From Fistulifera solaris (taxonomy: Eukaryota), in contig AP026164.1 in assembly GCA_030295235.1 (NCBI GenBank), positions 1,116,001 through 1,180,000 on the forward strand: a stretch of 64,000 nucleotides of DNA. Direction: 5' to 3'. Under the pieces are notes generated by a model. It was not told the DNA's origin, made no database searches, and saw only the letters and a list, made by a program, of their open reading frames with translations. Shown in pieces: positions 25,202 to 36,622 of the stretch. Positions within the stretch are counted from its first letter, which is position 1, and the number at the start of each line of letters is the position of its first letter. The position numbers were made by a program, and so were the translations under genes.

Positions 25202-26532
25202 ATGAAATTCTCCACTGCTTTACTCGCCGTGGCTATTGGTACTGCCAGTGCCTTTGCTCCCGCTCACATGCAGAGCAAGGCCCAATCGTCGGCCTTGTTC
25301 GGGGCGGTCCGATCACTCGACCGTTTGACGGGCCGATCGCAATTAGATCCGGTCGTCGTCGATCGTTACAACGCCATCCCTTATCCTAAAGACCTCATTT
25401 TGGCGGAATACGTCTGGGTGGACGCTGACGGAAAGTGCCGATCCAAAACTCGTACTCTTCCTGCCAAAAAGGTACGTCCCAACGAATGACCGTCGACGCC
25501 AATCAACAAATCTTATCTCACACACTTGTTTTTCCACCACTATAGGGTGAAGCCGTAGAATTACTCCCCAAATGGAACTTTGATGGTAGTTCGACAGGTC
25601 AGGCTCCGGGTGATGACTCGGAAGTCATCTTGAAGCCTCAACGCATCTTCAAAGACCCCTTTCGTCTTCGTCACGACGGCATCGACAACATCCTCGTCAT
25701 GTGCGATTGCTACACACCCGGTGGGGAACCCTTGCCCAGCAATCACCGCGCCAAAGCTATGAAATTTTTCGGACCCAATGAAGATCAAGAAATCTGGTTC
25801 GGTTTGGAACAAGAATTCACTCTCTTCAATTTGGACGAAAAGACGCCCTCGGATGGCCCGAGGGTGGTATGCCCTCCGTCCCCAGGGTCCTTACTACTGC
25901 AGTGCGGGACCCGAAAACAACTTTGGACGGTCCATTACCGACTCACACTACAAGGCCTGTCTCTACGCCGGCATCAACATTTCCGGCGTCAATGGTGAAG
26001 TCATGCCGGGTCAACAAGAATATCAAGTCGGACCCTGTGTTGGTATTGATGCCGGTGATCAACTCATGATGAGTCGTTACATTCTGCAACGCGTATGTGA
26101 AGACTACCAAGTCTACTGTACACTCCACCCCAAGCCCATTGTACAAGGTGACTGGAATGGCGCCGGTATGCACACTAACGTCAGTACCAAGAGCATGCGA
26201 GAAGAAGGGGGTTTGGAAGAAATCAAAAAGCCATTTACAAATTGGGAGCCAAGCACGCCGATCACATTGCCGTATACGGAGAAGACAACGAATTGCGTTT
26301 GACGGGAAAGCACGAGACGGCCAGTATTGACAAATTTTCGTACGGTGTCGCCAATCGTGGTGCCTCGGTGCGTATCGGACGTGACACAGAAGCCGAAGGG
26401 AAGGGATATTTTGAAGATCGTCGACCTAGTTCAAACGCCGATCCTTATATTGTGACAGGAAAGATTATGGAAACCATCATGTCCGACATTGACGCTCCTG
26501 TGATTGCTCCTCTTGACAAGGAACAGGCTTAA
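25202..26532 (+). CDS. GSII: Plastid-targeted glutamine synthetase type II
   Basis: Exact ASAFAP presequence; [63 protein letters not shown] and GYFEDRRP. Intron 25472-25545; three homopolymer frameshifts at ~25847, ~25877 and ~26228. Confidence 0.96.
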
Positions 26533-26688
26533 TCACAATAAAAAAGAATGTGACAAGATATTGTTTCGAGTTAGTATCAACAACAATAGCCGCCCGACTT
26601 GGAAGTGAACAAATAATTTTATAATGGTTGTTCTATTCGTTATCAATCATTCACCAATATTTAAGAAAGTGATTGTTCTAAATTGTGT

Positions 26689-27432
26689 CTAGGGAAAATA
26701 AGGACGCCAACGCACGGGACGCTGGACTCCCAAGTCAGTCACTAGAGTCTGCAATCGATCGCGATGAAGGGTGTCACGTTCCACAGCAGTGATTTCGACG
26801 TCCAACCCTACCTGGATGGCGGAACGAACGAACGACACGACTCGTTCGTGGCCCCCACTTTCCATAGGCTGCATCCATTCTTCGTATTGCGATGGATCAC
26901 CGGACAGCAGAGCGACACTAAGAGACGTGACACCGGAATCGACGAGTTGTTGGGCATCGCAACTTGTCGATAATCCGTTCGTGACAACTCGTATCTTCGG
27001 GGCGTGTGTTTGCGCCAGGGTCTTCGTGATTTGTTGCAACACCGACATTCGCAAAGTAGGTTCTCCTTCTCCAGCCAAGACGATTTGCGTGTATTGCTCT
27101 ATATTCGATTGTGTGATTTCTTCCAGAAGTTCCGCTGCAGTCGGTCGCCGATCATTATCATCGGGCAGAGATGAGACTCGTTCCAGAGGATCAGGTAATC
27201 TCTGTGGAGCATCTTGCATGTCCAGCCACCGACACCACGGATCCCACCGCACCGTCCCCGCTTCCGCATCTCGAACACGACACAAAGCAGCTACGACAGA
27301 AGGCGGTAATCGAAAGCCGGGTCCTCGTGTTTGCGGCAACGTCAAACTTTGGCAACGACTGGTCAAAGGAATGTACAAGGAATTGCCCAGTGAATAGGTG
27401 AAACCTGCCATGGATGGAGTGGTCCATCGCAT
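26689..27432 (-). CDS. TatD-associated radical SAM-like protein (degenerate)
   Basis: FTYSLGNSLYIPLTSRC, IVLAGEGEPTLR, IRVVTNGL, SLSVAL and VEITAV..RWRPYF resemble the bacterial TatD-associated radical SAM family; intronless. Confidence 0.75.
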   Translation of the reverse strand: MRWTTPSMAGFTYSLGNSLYIPLTSRCQSLTLPQTRGPGFRLPPSVVAALCRVRDAEAGTVRWDPWCRWLDMQDAPQRLPDPLERVSSLPDDNDRRPTAAELLEEITQSNIEQYTQIVLAGEGEPTLRMSVLQQITKTLAQTHAPKIRVVTNGLSTSCDAQQLVDSGVTSLSVALLSGDPSQYEEWMQPMESGGHERVVSFVRSAIQVGLDVEITAVERDTLHRDRLQTLVTDLGVQRPVRWRPYFP

Positions 27433-27849
27433 GCTTCTACTTTACTCTATAAAGCTTCTTTCCGTGTCTTTCCTCTTCTTATCTGATACGGTAGGGCTCA
27501 TGCAAATGGTGTCTCAAGTTGCATTTTTGTTTTCCTCGGTCGACGAAATTGAAAACCGTGACGTTTTGTGGCGTTCTGCCAACTGGAGATCTTGACGTTG
27601 TCAACATAGCATTTTCTCGAAGTCGCAGCGACGGCTGTGTTGCAAAGTATGGAGTGTATCTCCATCTCTCGGTCACGAGTCGCCAGTCGTGATCTGTATC
27701 TGGTGAAAAAGTCTCAATGCTTCCCACCTTACTCGCTGAAAAAGCTCGACTCGCCGTTTGACATGTAATCATTTTTTCAGAGCAGTTGCATTTCACGCTT
27801 TGATCTATGGCGGTGGAAAGCGGTTGGATCGTTCGTTTTATTACGACCA

Positions 27850-27865
27850 TACCTGGTACCAGGTA
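27850..27865. repeat. Perfect 16-bp palindrome TACCTGGTACCAGGTA
   Basis: Seen directly in the divergent spacer between the radical SAM and lipase genes. Confidence 0.8.
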
Positions 27866-28055
27866 GCCGTGACTATGCCAGTATGTAGTAGCCTTGAGTG
27901 GTGGTTTTACTGCACCACGACTGCATTTCAGTCATGAATGATTTTTTTTTGCGTAACTGGTCGTTGTAGTTATTATCTCAAGTTGTTAGGTACTACGTAG
28001 CATCAATATCAATATACAAACAATCTTCTTTTGTTGCACTTTTACCGCTCGTAAA

Positions 28056-29571
28056 ATGAGTCGAAAGTACTCGCACTTCTGTTATTTGTTTTGTATATCT
28101 TTGTATTGTTTACTTGCGGTAACCAGTGAAAGGCCAACGCTTCCTTGGCAATGCCGGATGACGGTGGACTGGATGCTCCGAGGCGGTGCTGTCGCCAAAA
28201 CAACAGAGACGACTCAAGCGTATCAACTATTAGCCAATGCTCTACAATCTCGTTTAAAGTCAGAGAAGGACGAAGTACCCCACACTGATGATATTGTCAC
28301 GGCACTGCAATCACTCGCTGCCGCACAAAAGACATTCAAAGGACTCGACGGAGCCGCACACGAAGCGTATCAGCGCACTCAACAACAGCAAAAGATTGAC
28401 AGCGTTTCGGGACGAGCTCGTCGCAGTGCAGCTCGATTGGGAGCGACGGCGGATGGATTAGCGGCGTGTGAATTGTGTGATAGGGCCCTGCACCTTTATG
28501 ACACGGAGCGTTTTCAGCTCTTACGTAATACCACAATTCATTCGCAAGGAATTCCGATGCGTATTCTTGTTTTATACGAACCGAACTACAACGGAGGATC
28601 CGGAGTGGATCATGGAGGTCTCAACGAAGACACGATTCCTCCTCAGCGACGATCGAAAGGACGAATCACCATTGTGATAGTCGAAGCCAAACCTATGTCA
28701 CTGCATAAATGCATCCGTATCTTAGACAAAGAACCCATTCACGTTCGGACCACGAAAGATTTGACCAATGAAGTGGCATCGGTACAACCTATTTTGTACA
28801 AGTGTGCCGCTCAGGTGTTGACCACCATCGAGCCATACCTCCGTGCACACAACAATCAAACCGCCATTCATTTTGTCGGCCATTCCTTGACGGGAAGTAT
28901 TGCAGGCATCTCCGCGGCGATATTGCACGGTAGTTTGCCCATGCCCAAGGACAAGAAAGGGAAGCGCGATAAAACAAGAGTGGATACGAACAATTCTACA
29001 ATCACGGAGACCAATAGCACGAACAGCACGACGCCACTGCAAGGTTTAGGCGCCGGTCGATCGTCCGCCGTTCTTCTCGGAGCTCCACCACCATTTTCGG
29101 CCAATGTGGATTCCATGTTTATGGTTTCATTACTTTACGGCGATGATATTCTCGGTCGGATGTCACACAAATCCTTGGATCGACTCCTTCAAAGAACTCG
29201 ACGGGCAATGAAATCCAAAGGACTGGTGTTAAAGCAAATGAACTGGATGAGAGATACGGTTTCTTTGGCGACTTCGAACATAATGAGTCACGCCTATGGC
29301 AGTGAAGGAGAAGAAGAGCGATTGGCTTTTCCTGGTCGAGCCTTTTTGATTCGACCGCGAAGGTTAGGAAACGTTTGTAGCATGCACGAGATCGGTTTGC
29401 AACTCAAAGGAGGTAGAGAAGCATTACGAGCTGCTATTCTGTGGCAACTCCACGATGTCTTGCTCACAAAAAAGTCTATGGAAGCATCATGAACTGAATT
29501 CGTATATTCATGGTCTAGATCGAGTCCAACTTCGTGGTGTCAACGAAGACGATGATGACGAAGACGAATAA
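28056..29571 (+). CDS. Lipase class 3-like alpha/beta hydrolase with signal peptide
   Basis: IHFVGHSLTG nucleophile elbow; GAPP; YGDDILGR. After a frameshift at ~29470 the frame reads LWKHHELNSYIHGL...DEDE*. Confidence 0.7.
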
Positions 29572-29578
29572 ACTTATT

Positions 29579-30837
29579 TCATCCACCAAATCCGTTGATG
29601 GATCGATCGGAACGCTGCAATGACGGTTTCGTTAGCTGCCTGTTTGATTTTATGTATAAAGATTGAACTATGAACTGCCAAAGACGCAACATTGGATGAT
29701 CACCAAAACAGCTGTACTCTGATACGCTGCTCGAGCATTTCTTCAGCTTTTGACACGCAAAGGAAGCAGCGGACGCAATAAGGAATGATATGTTTCCCTT
29801 CCGACCGCTGACCTCGATCGTACCCTTATGTGCGTTCGTTTGATGCGAGCGGAAGCGGATTGAGAATTGCCGGTAACATGCATGGATTGTTGCAATGGAA
29901 ACACTTACTAGTCGTTGAACTTGTTTTCGTTGAGTGTCTATGTTCACAGATCATCGTCAATCAGCATTTCTTTCACTGCGTCCTTGACTTCTTGAATTCG
30001 TTGTCCGCCTGTTGCTTTAAAAGGCAAGTCGATCGATCTGCATGTTGCATCGTACGTAGCAACTATGCCACATTTAATGATGAGAAGGGCAACAAGAATT
30101 GCCAACGGCAAAATAGACTGTTCAAAGTCGGGCATTCATCAAATAGGCAGAGAAAGCGAGAGTCTTTCTCGCGCGGATGATCCGATCGCCCCCTTGAAAC
30201 GCAAAATGACGACTCATCCATTCCATAAGTGTTTCGTCGTCGGCATCAATTATATTCAATTTCAATCCGATATAATCAAAGGCGTCATCGTCGCGATGGA
30301 GGCTCAGAAAGGATGAAAAGAGCCACAAATCGCGTCTCCAAGGGTCCATGTACGCTCAACCTCTGGAGCTCGAAAGCGTGATACAGGGCCGTCTCCCAGA
30401 CATTTTAATGTCGACGACACGCGAAGCAAGCCAGTAGGTATCCATTAGGTTGCTACGAGCTGCCATGGACGCGCTTGTTTCCTTCCATGCTCCGAAACAT
30501 CCCACTTCTGTCTCAAAAAAGTTCTCTGAATTCGCAAAACTCGCCTGGCGTAGCGGAATGGCCAATTGTTCATCGCGTTTCAACTTCTTCGCAACCGACA
30601 AACAAATCTCGTTATGTGCTTCATAATGAGCTTTTCTGGCACTTGCTGTCGCAAGACCAAGCCGTATGACAGCGCAAGCAACAGCGCAGGCCCATTTCTG
30701 GTTAACTGTGACAAGTAGCACACCAAGGTTCATCTTGAAAACGAGGATCGTTTTCCTCGTAAGCCGGGCTCTTGGTCACCGATTTGTATAGGCTCAAAAT
30801 TAGCAAACAAAGCTCCGACGAATGCTGGTGATGACAT
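29579..30837 (-). pseudogene. Decayed MYND zinc-finger protein gene
   Basis: Cross-frame reconstruction gives WCATCHS*PEMGLRCCLRCHTAWSCDSKCQK-AHYEAHNEIC, FETEVG, VWETALYHAFELQRLS, LSLHRDDDAFDYI and MLPAILNPLPL. In-frame TAA at 30702-30704 and many frameshifts; 3' end approximate. Confidence 0.65.
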
Positions 30838-31364
30838 GGTAAGCACTTTAGAGTGTTCTGTACGATATTGTAAAAAGCAACTCAGGAAGCGGCACTTTGT
30901 TGCTGTGTGCTTCGAGCGTTTGTGTGTTCCCGAATGATGAATGATGCGTTTTTGGCGTGCAAAAAATAATCGGCGCGTGTCATTTTCAGAAACCGTGTCT
31001 CGTTTCAGTTGATAATACCGTAGTACAGTATTTATCAGTGTAAAGCTTTGTCATCTCTGAGTCACGAGTCTAAATGAGAGTCCAGTCTGTCCGTGGATCC
31101 TAAGCGACATATCAAATGTACACTGCGACATTTTCCGACACTCGAATACCGTTACGAGATAGTTATTCCTCCACTTGTACCAAAACGTGCTTTCATTTTG
31201 GTCCAAAATACAAGTGCATAAAACGCAGGATTTTTTGCTCATTGATTATCACCTTCATTTTCGTGCATTTCAGCGACATTGGAAGGATATAACGAAGTCT
31301 TTCTTAATTTTCGAAGCAATTCACAGTGAACGTAGTAACACAGAGCCTTTGACGAAGACCGCGC

Positions 31365-32279
31365 ATGAAAAATCGTTTTGATAGGGGTTTTATCCCTTGT
31401 ATAATAGCATGGGTTTGCTCGATGGCTTTTGTCGTCGCCGACTTTGACCCTTACCAACTCAATGGTGGCTTGGTTTCGGCCGTGGCAGGACATAACTATG
31501 TTGTAATTGCTGCAGATACGAGGCTGGTAGGAGATAGTGGATACGATATCCTTACTCGTAATCACGTGTCGTCGCGAATCTGGACCGCCGTCGACACCAA
31601 TTCGTTCGACAGCGACGTTTCTAAAGCGATGTTTTCCAGGGATGGGTCCATTGCCGTGGATTTTTCAAACGCCGATTTCTCGCAACTGAAATCTCACAAT
31701 ACTTTATTAGTCAAACAAACGCTTCCCAACTCACCCGTACTAATCGGCTCCTCAGGATGCAGCGCTGATTGTGAAATGCTCAAACGAAATATCCGATCCG
31801 ATCTCAGGGCAGCGAAGCACTTCACGCAATGTGCAGCTCAAGTAGGCGAAGTCGCCTTGCTACTCAGTCAAATGCTTTATTCACGACGGGGCTTTCCTTT
31901 TTACAGTTTTTGCGTAGCCGCTGGATTGAATGAGAACAATGAGGGGCACGTCTACGTGTACGATGCCATTGGATCTTACGAGCAGGTAGCAGTAGCTGCC
32001 TCTGGATCAGGTCGAGAACTCCTTCAACCCATCTTGGATCGAAGGTTTCGGGCCATAGTTGCCGATAAGGCGGACCGATTACAAAGGTGGGGCAATATAC
32101 CGACATTTCAGGTAGATGCAACGAAAGAAGATGCCATTTCTATATTACTGGAAGGCTATCGAGCTGTTTCGGAAAGAGAAATCTCCGTCGGGGACACAGT
32201 TGTCTTCTGCATACTAGAGAAGCAAAACGATGGCCAGGTCGAATGTCAAATATGGTCTGCGCCGCTCAAGAAACACTGA
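31365..32279 (+). CDS. PSMB1: 20S proteasome subunit beta6 (PSMB1-type) with signal peptide, likely the periplastid (symbiont-type) copy
   Basis: FDPYQLNGG..AVAG...VIAADTR, LLSQMLYSRRGFPFY, VYVYDAIGSYE, GSG.ELLQPILD and EREISVGD; hydrophobic N-terminal extension ending FVVA-DF. Confidence 0.88.
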   Translation: MKNRFDRGFIPCIIAWVCSMAFVVADFDPYQLNGGLVSAVAGHNYVVIAADTRLVGDSGYDILTRNHVSSRIWTAVDTNSFDSDVSKAMFSRDGSIAVDFSNADFSQLKSHNTLLVKQTLPNSPVLIGSSGCSADCEMLKRNIRSDLRAAKHFTQCAAQVGEVALLLSQMLYSRRGFPFYSFCVAAGLNENNEGHVYVYDAIGSYEQVAVAASGSGRELLQPILDRRFRAIVADKADRLQRWGNIPTFQVDATKEDAISILLEGYRAVSEREISVGDTVVFCILEKQNDGQVECQIWSAPLKKH

Positions 32280-32349
32280 TTTAATGATAGATATTCAAAC
32301 ACAGAACAAAGACCAGTTACTCCGTACTCTTATACTTGTTCTGAAAAGA

Positions 32350-34775
32350 TCAATCTAACTTTTTGGCTTTGGCTACTTCTCGTGCAGCATCCAACGCTAC
32401 TTGATCGTTCCGAGGCCTCTTCAGAATTAAGGAACCTTCCAGCATTTGTCCTGGGATGTGATATAACATGTCGTGTCGTCTCTTGACACAGCATTCCAGC
32501 GGAGTAGCAGATGACTGCGACAAGGGGACGCTAGGGAAACGCGAGTTATCATAATGTGGAACAGCCTCACAGTAAGGGCCGAAGAGCTTTTCCCGCATGT
32601 CCTTTTCTTTTAATGCAGTTTCCGCTACAATTCTCCCAGAATAGACCATTTTTCGAAAGAAATCACTTTCTAACAAAGAATCAAAGTCCGGAACACAAGG
32701 CTTCCAGCGATCATTCCTTTCGATCCGATCAAGAAGTTCGTCTTTTGTTTCATACCACGAATGAACCCATAAAACGTCGACGAGTTTCATCCAAGGCCCA
32801 AGGAACGCCAACGCTAATAGTCGGATGATCCAGAGTACAAGGGTATTAAATGGGAAAATCAACCACAGGGTAGCTAACATGAAGCAGTTTGTGGTCACTA
32901 CATCGGTGGCGTAGCTTTCCCAGTTGATGAAATTTCGAATCAAGCGGCTGGTCTGGCAGAGAGATTTGACCACCGTATGCAAATAGGTCAAGCGGTTCGC
33001 CACAAACCTTTTGATGATACGGAAATCTATCTTGCTTGTAGTATCATTTGTCATATCAAAGCTTGATAGATTTGTTTTGCTGTATATCCTGTGGACTTTG
33101 AGAGCAAAGCGGAACAGAACCGTGATGAGCGTCATCATCCGCTCTGTCTTCATGGCATTGAGCTGCTCCAGCTTATCATCCTCCCTCAACGCCTTGGTTT
33201 GGCTCGATCGTAACTGGATGAAAATGTGATCGACCTGAAAGGGCCATCATATTGACTTCTTCGCTTTTCTTGACTTGTTTCCAGGGAGAGGGATGTCGAC
33301 TCAAATGGTAGTTTATCGAAAGCAATATCCAAGATATACCGTACAGAAAGATCGGAAACACAAGATCTGGGCGCTCAATCAAAAGCAAAGAACCAACAAA
33401 CAATACAATCGAGTGAATCGGGAACCATACCGATCGCCCTCTACCATATTTAAGTCGACCTCTCCACAAAAAAGATCTCGAAAAAGATATCAAGAACGTA
33501 GCAGAGATTGTTTTGGTAGGAAAGTAGCTCTCTCAAGTAAAGTTTGAGAGTATCTAGTGTCACTTCATCCATGTCCATAGATCCCCTCGTAATGTATTTG
33601 AGAACACGATACGACTTCTCATTGTCGACATTAATGACACAACGAGGAGCTGAAGCGAACGTCAGTTGCATGGCCTCACTTTCATCTTCCCATTCGACTC
33701 GTAGACGAATGCGTATGGTACCTCTAGGCTCCGCATCAATTTGATCCGGATCGTGATGGAGCTTGTAGTAGAGGATATACTCTGTGTTGTTGCGAAAGAA
33801 GGAGGTATTGATCACAACACGGCCGATCGGATCATGGTGATCCGTCAGAACATCATCGTAGTCAAAAACACCCAACATAAGGAGCGATGTGGGATGTCGC
33901 ACTTTGAACATAAATGCTCGATTCGTCCAAGGAAGCCAGTGAGGATTCAGCGAGTTCCAGATTATGTTTGTCCGCATCATAGCATCCTCAAAGACAATTC
34001 CGACGAAAGGATCCGAGACAAAATTCGACTGAGCAAGGTCCATATTGGGCAAGCCGTGGCAGCTCAACACCTCTAAATAGATTGTTCCAAGCGTACCATG
34101 ACCCACGCTGATCCAATTGTGGCTGGGTTTCATCGTTTCTGTCTCTATTTGCTCTTTCATGAGCCATTGGGTCTCCTGTCGTGGTCGACTCGGATCCGGA
34201 CCTGGCCTAACCAGAAAGTACTCTTTATCCTCAATGAATTTGCGATGACGGCGAAAGCGTCCATTGTAACCGACAACGCGGAAATTAATGTCGGAAGCCA
34301 GACCCTCCATATCAACAGATTTCGTTTGCTCAAAGAATAATATATCGTCTTCCGTGGCAGGTCGAGAGCGGAACGCCAGGTACGCATGATTTTCGGTTGG
34401 TGACAGAATCATTCTCTCTTGCCTCTCTCCCCGACCACTCAAAAGTTCTTCAAATAGAATTTCCACTTTACCCACAGTGATGAATCGATAATGAAGGGAA
34501 ATAGACACTTCACTGGTTGTATGCCTCCTAAAAGATGTCTCTACGGGTATCTTTAAAAGACACAGAGATCCGGTCAAGACCGTCCATACAGGGCTGTCAT
34601 CGTCGTGAACGACTTTCGTGCGATGAACCTCTTTATCATTGATTTTGACGACACAATACAGGTCCATCAATCTCCGAAAACCCATTGCTCCAACAATTTC
34701 AAAGAGGACAGGGGTCGTGTGCGTTTCAAACACCTTGCCCGAGAGGCGTTCTTCGTTGCAACAACACCGAAACAT
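32350..34775 (-). CDS. C2-domain membrane protein (MCTP-like)
   Basis: Two C2-like domains (YCVVKIND.EVHRT..V.DDDSPVW; LEVLSCHGLPNMD...SDPFV...GVFDYD..DPIGRVVI) plus C-terminal TM segments; frameshifts ~33480 and ~33190; start at MFRCCC inferred. Confidence 0.75.
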
Positions 34776-35532
34776 TGTTTTGTCGATTTTGTTTCCACTC
34801 TTACGTTGCACAAGTTCCTTGTTTCTTATCTGAGCCGACAACACGATAGGGATAGTCAGACAATTCTTCCTTCGAAATCAATCATAGGAAACGGAAGGTG
34901 TGCAGAACTCCTCTGACATGAGCAGAAAGGAAAAGAATGAAAATGCTGGAGATGAGGTGCAAAAGTTTGACATCGTCGTCGTCCAGTATTGGAAATCGCC
35001 ATTTACTACACTCAAAGAGATATTGTTATGTAGAGCGGTTTTGAACCGGCAATACGGCACTGAGTACTCCATCGCCAAAAGCTTGTTGCGACGACTTTCA
35101 CCTCATCTCACTTTTTTCGAAGTGAAACATCTCCTTGCGAGCGATTGCGTCAAACAGCAGTACACATCCTTCTAAAGTTTCTAAGTAGAAGAACAACGCA
35201 CGCTGTTATACATGAAAAGTTATGAATGTAAGGCTTATGTCGATGTGCGTACAGAAAAACAGGATGAACTTGCAAAAATAGGACTTGCCTACATAACGCA
35301 TGCGTTCGAAGCGTCCGCGTTCCTGGTTCATAGAGCATCTACTGAAACCGTGATGCTGATGCACGAGAGTTTCGATGTTTAAGACACGTTTTCCCCCAAC
35401 GTAGACTGCAATATGAGATGGTGTTCAACCCGGAAACGACAAATCCACCGGATCACATTCCTTGGTTCAATTCTCCTTCTTATTCGATGAAGCAACCAAT
35501 GCTGTAACAGATAGAACTCAATGAATGAGGTT

Positions 35533-36156
35533 TTAAGTTTTTGCTTTCAAGACTCGGAATATTTTGCGAACAAAACTGTTCCCTTTCTTTTGGCGCTTCT
35601 CTTCTTGTCGTTTCTTGGACTCACGAAGCATAGCGTTCAAGTCCGATTTTTCTTGTGCAGATGCTTCTCTTGACTCGTGAATATGACGAATCGCTTCCTC
35701 CGCCATTTTTAATTCTTCACTAGTGAAGCCTTCCTCCTTTAAAAATTGGATACGCTCCGACTTTGTTGTACGAAGAGAATGTTTGGGACGACGCGTTAAT
35801 TGACGTTGCGCTTCAAATTCGTCCATATTATAATCGCTGGATCGTAAGCTGTCCCAGGAGAGAGTCAAAGCTGGACCTGGTCCGTTAGGAAGAGCTCGAA
35901 CGCCGGGGTTGCAACCGAGTATTACCGGATGCTCATGAATATGTACGCTATCAAAAGACACGTGCCTCGACTTATTCGTCGCCTGTTCATCATCTATAGA
36001 TGCAGATTGTTTCAATGCACTTTGCAGCGTAGCATCACTGTCGCCCAAAGCTTGCAGTGAGAGGGCGGAGGGATGAGACGACGTGATTGTCGAAGAAGTT
36101 GAAATGCTCGAATCAGAGTTCTCAATGAGCTGCTGCTCTTTCGATTCAGAAGCCAT
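35533..36156 (-). CDS. Diatom-type hypothetical protein with VSF..V.I.E....LG.NP....GP.LTL.W motif
   Basis: 207-aa ATG ORF containing RHVSFDSVHIHEHPVILGCNPGV...GPALTLSW. Confidence 0.7.
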   Translation of the reverse strand: MASESKEQQLIENSDSSISTSSTITSSHPSALSLQALGDSDATLQSALKQSASIDDEQATNKSRHVSFDSVHIHEHPVILGCNPGVRALPNGPGPALTLSWDSLRSSDYNMDEFEAQRQLTRRPKHSLRTTKSERIQFLKEEGFTSEELKMAEEAIRHIHESREASAQEKSDLNAMLRESKKRQEEKRQKKGNSFVRKIFRVLKAKT

Positions 36157-36622
36157 GGTTAAAAGGCAGGTGACGGGATAGTTGGCTACGGTTCAGTAAA
36201 TCAGCTAATGTTTTGTAAGGATCAAACGATGTGATGATGCTACAAGGTGACGGCAAAGATCGACTTCGTTATGAATGAAGAGAAAAGCCTGCGGAACCGA
36301 AATTCTCGCACCTCGCACTTTTTGCGTCGTCGCTGTCGCGGAAAGCGGAAACAAGGCCTTTATTATTCGCGCTCTTCTGACTGTAATCAGAAAAGTAGAG
36401 GCCATTTTTCTGCCGCCAATAAGCACACTATGGAACATCACACTTGCTGATGACCCAGAGCCCTATGGGGCTTGAATTATTTTGCTCCTCGTTCTTCGCG
36501 TCGACTTTATTATTTATAGACTTTTACCACCATCCTTTTCCTATTATTATCAGTTCTTTGATCAAGCATTAAACGATGACATAGCAGAGTTTTAAGGGTA
36601 ACTTTTGGTTGAGTTTCAGGCG

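Noticed and set aside
26771..27397. 208-aa ORF antisense to the radical SAM-like gene
   Set aside because: S/T/R-rich shadow frame with no recognisable domain.
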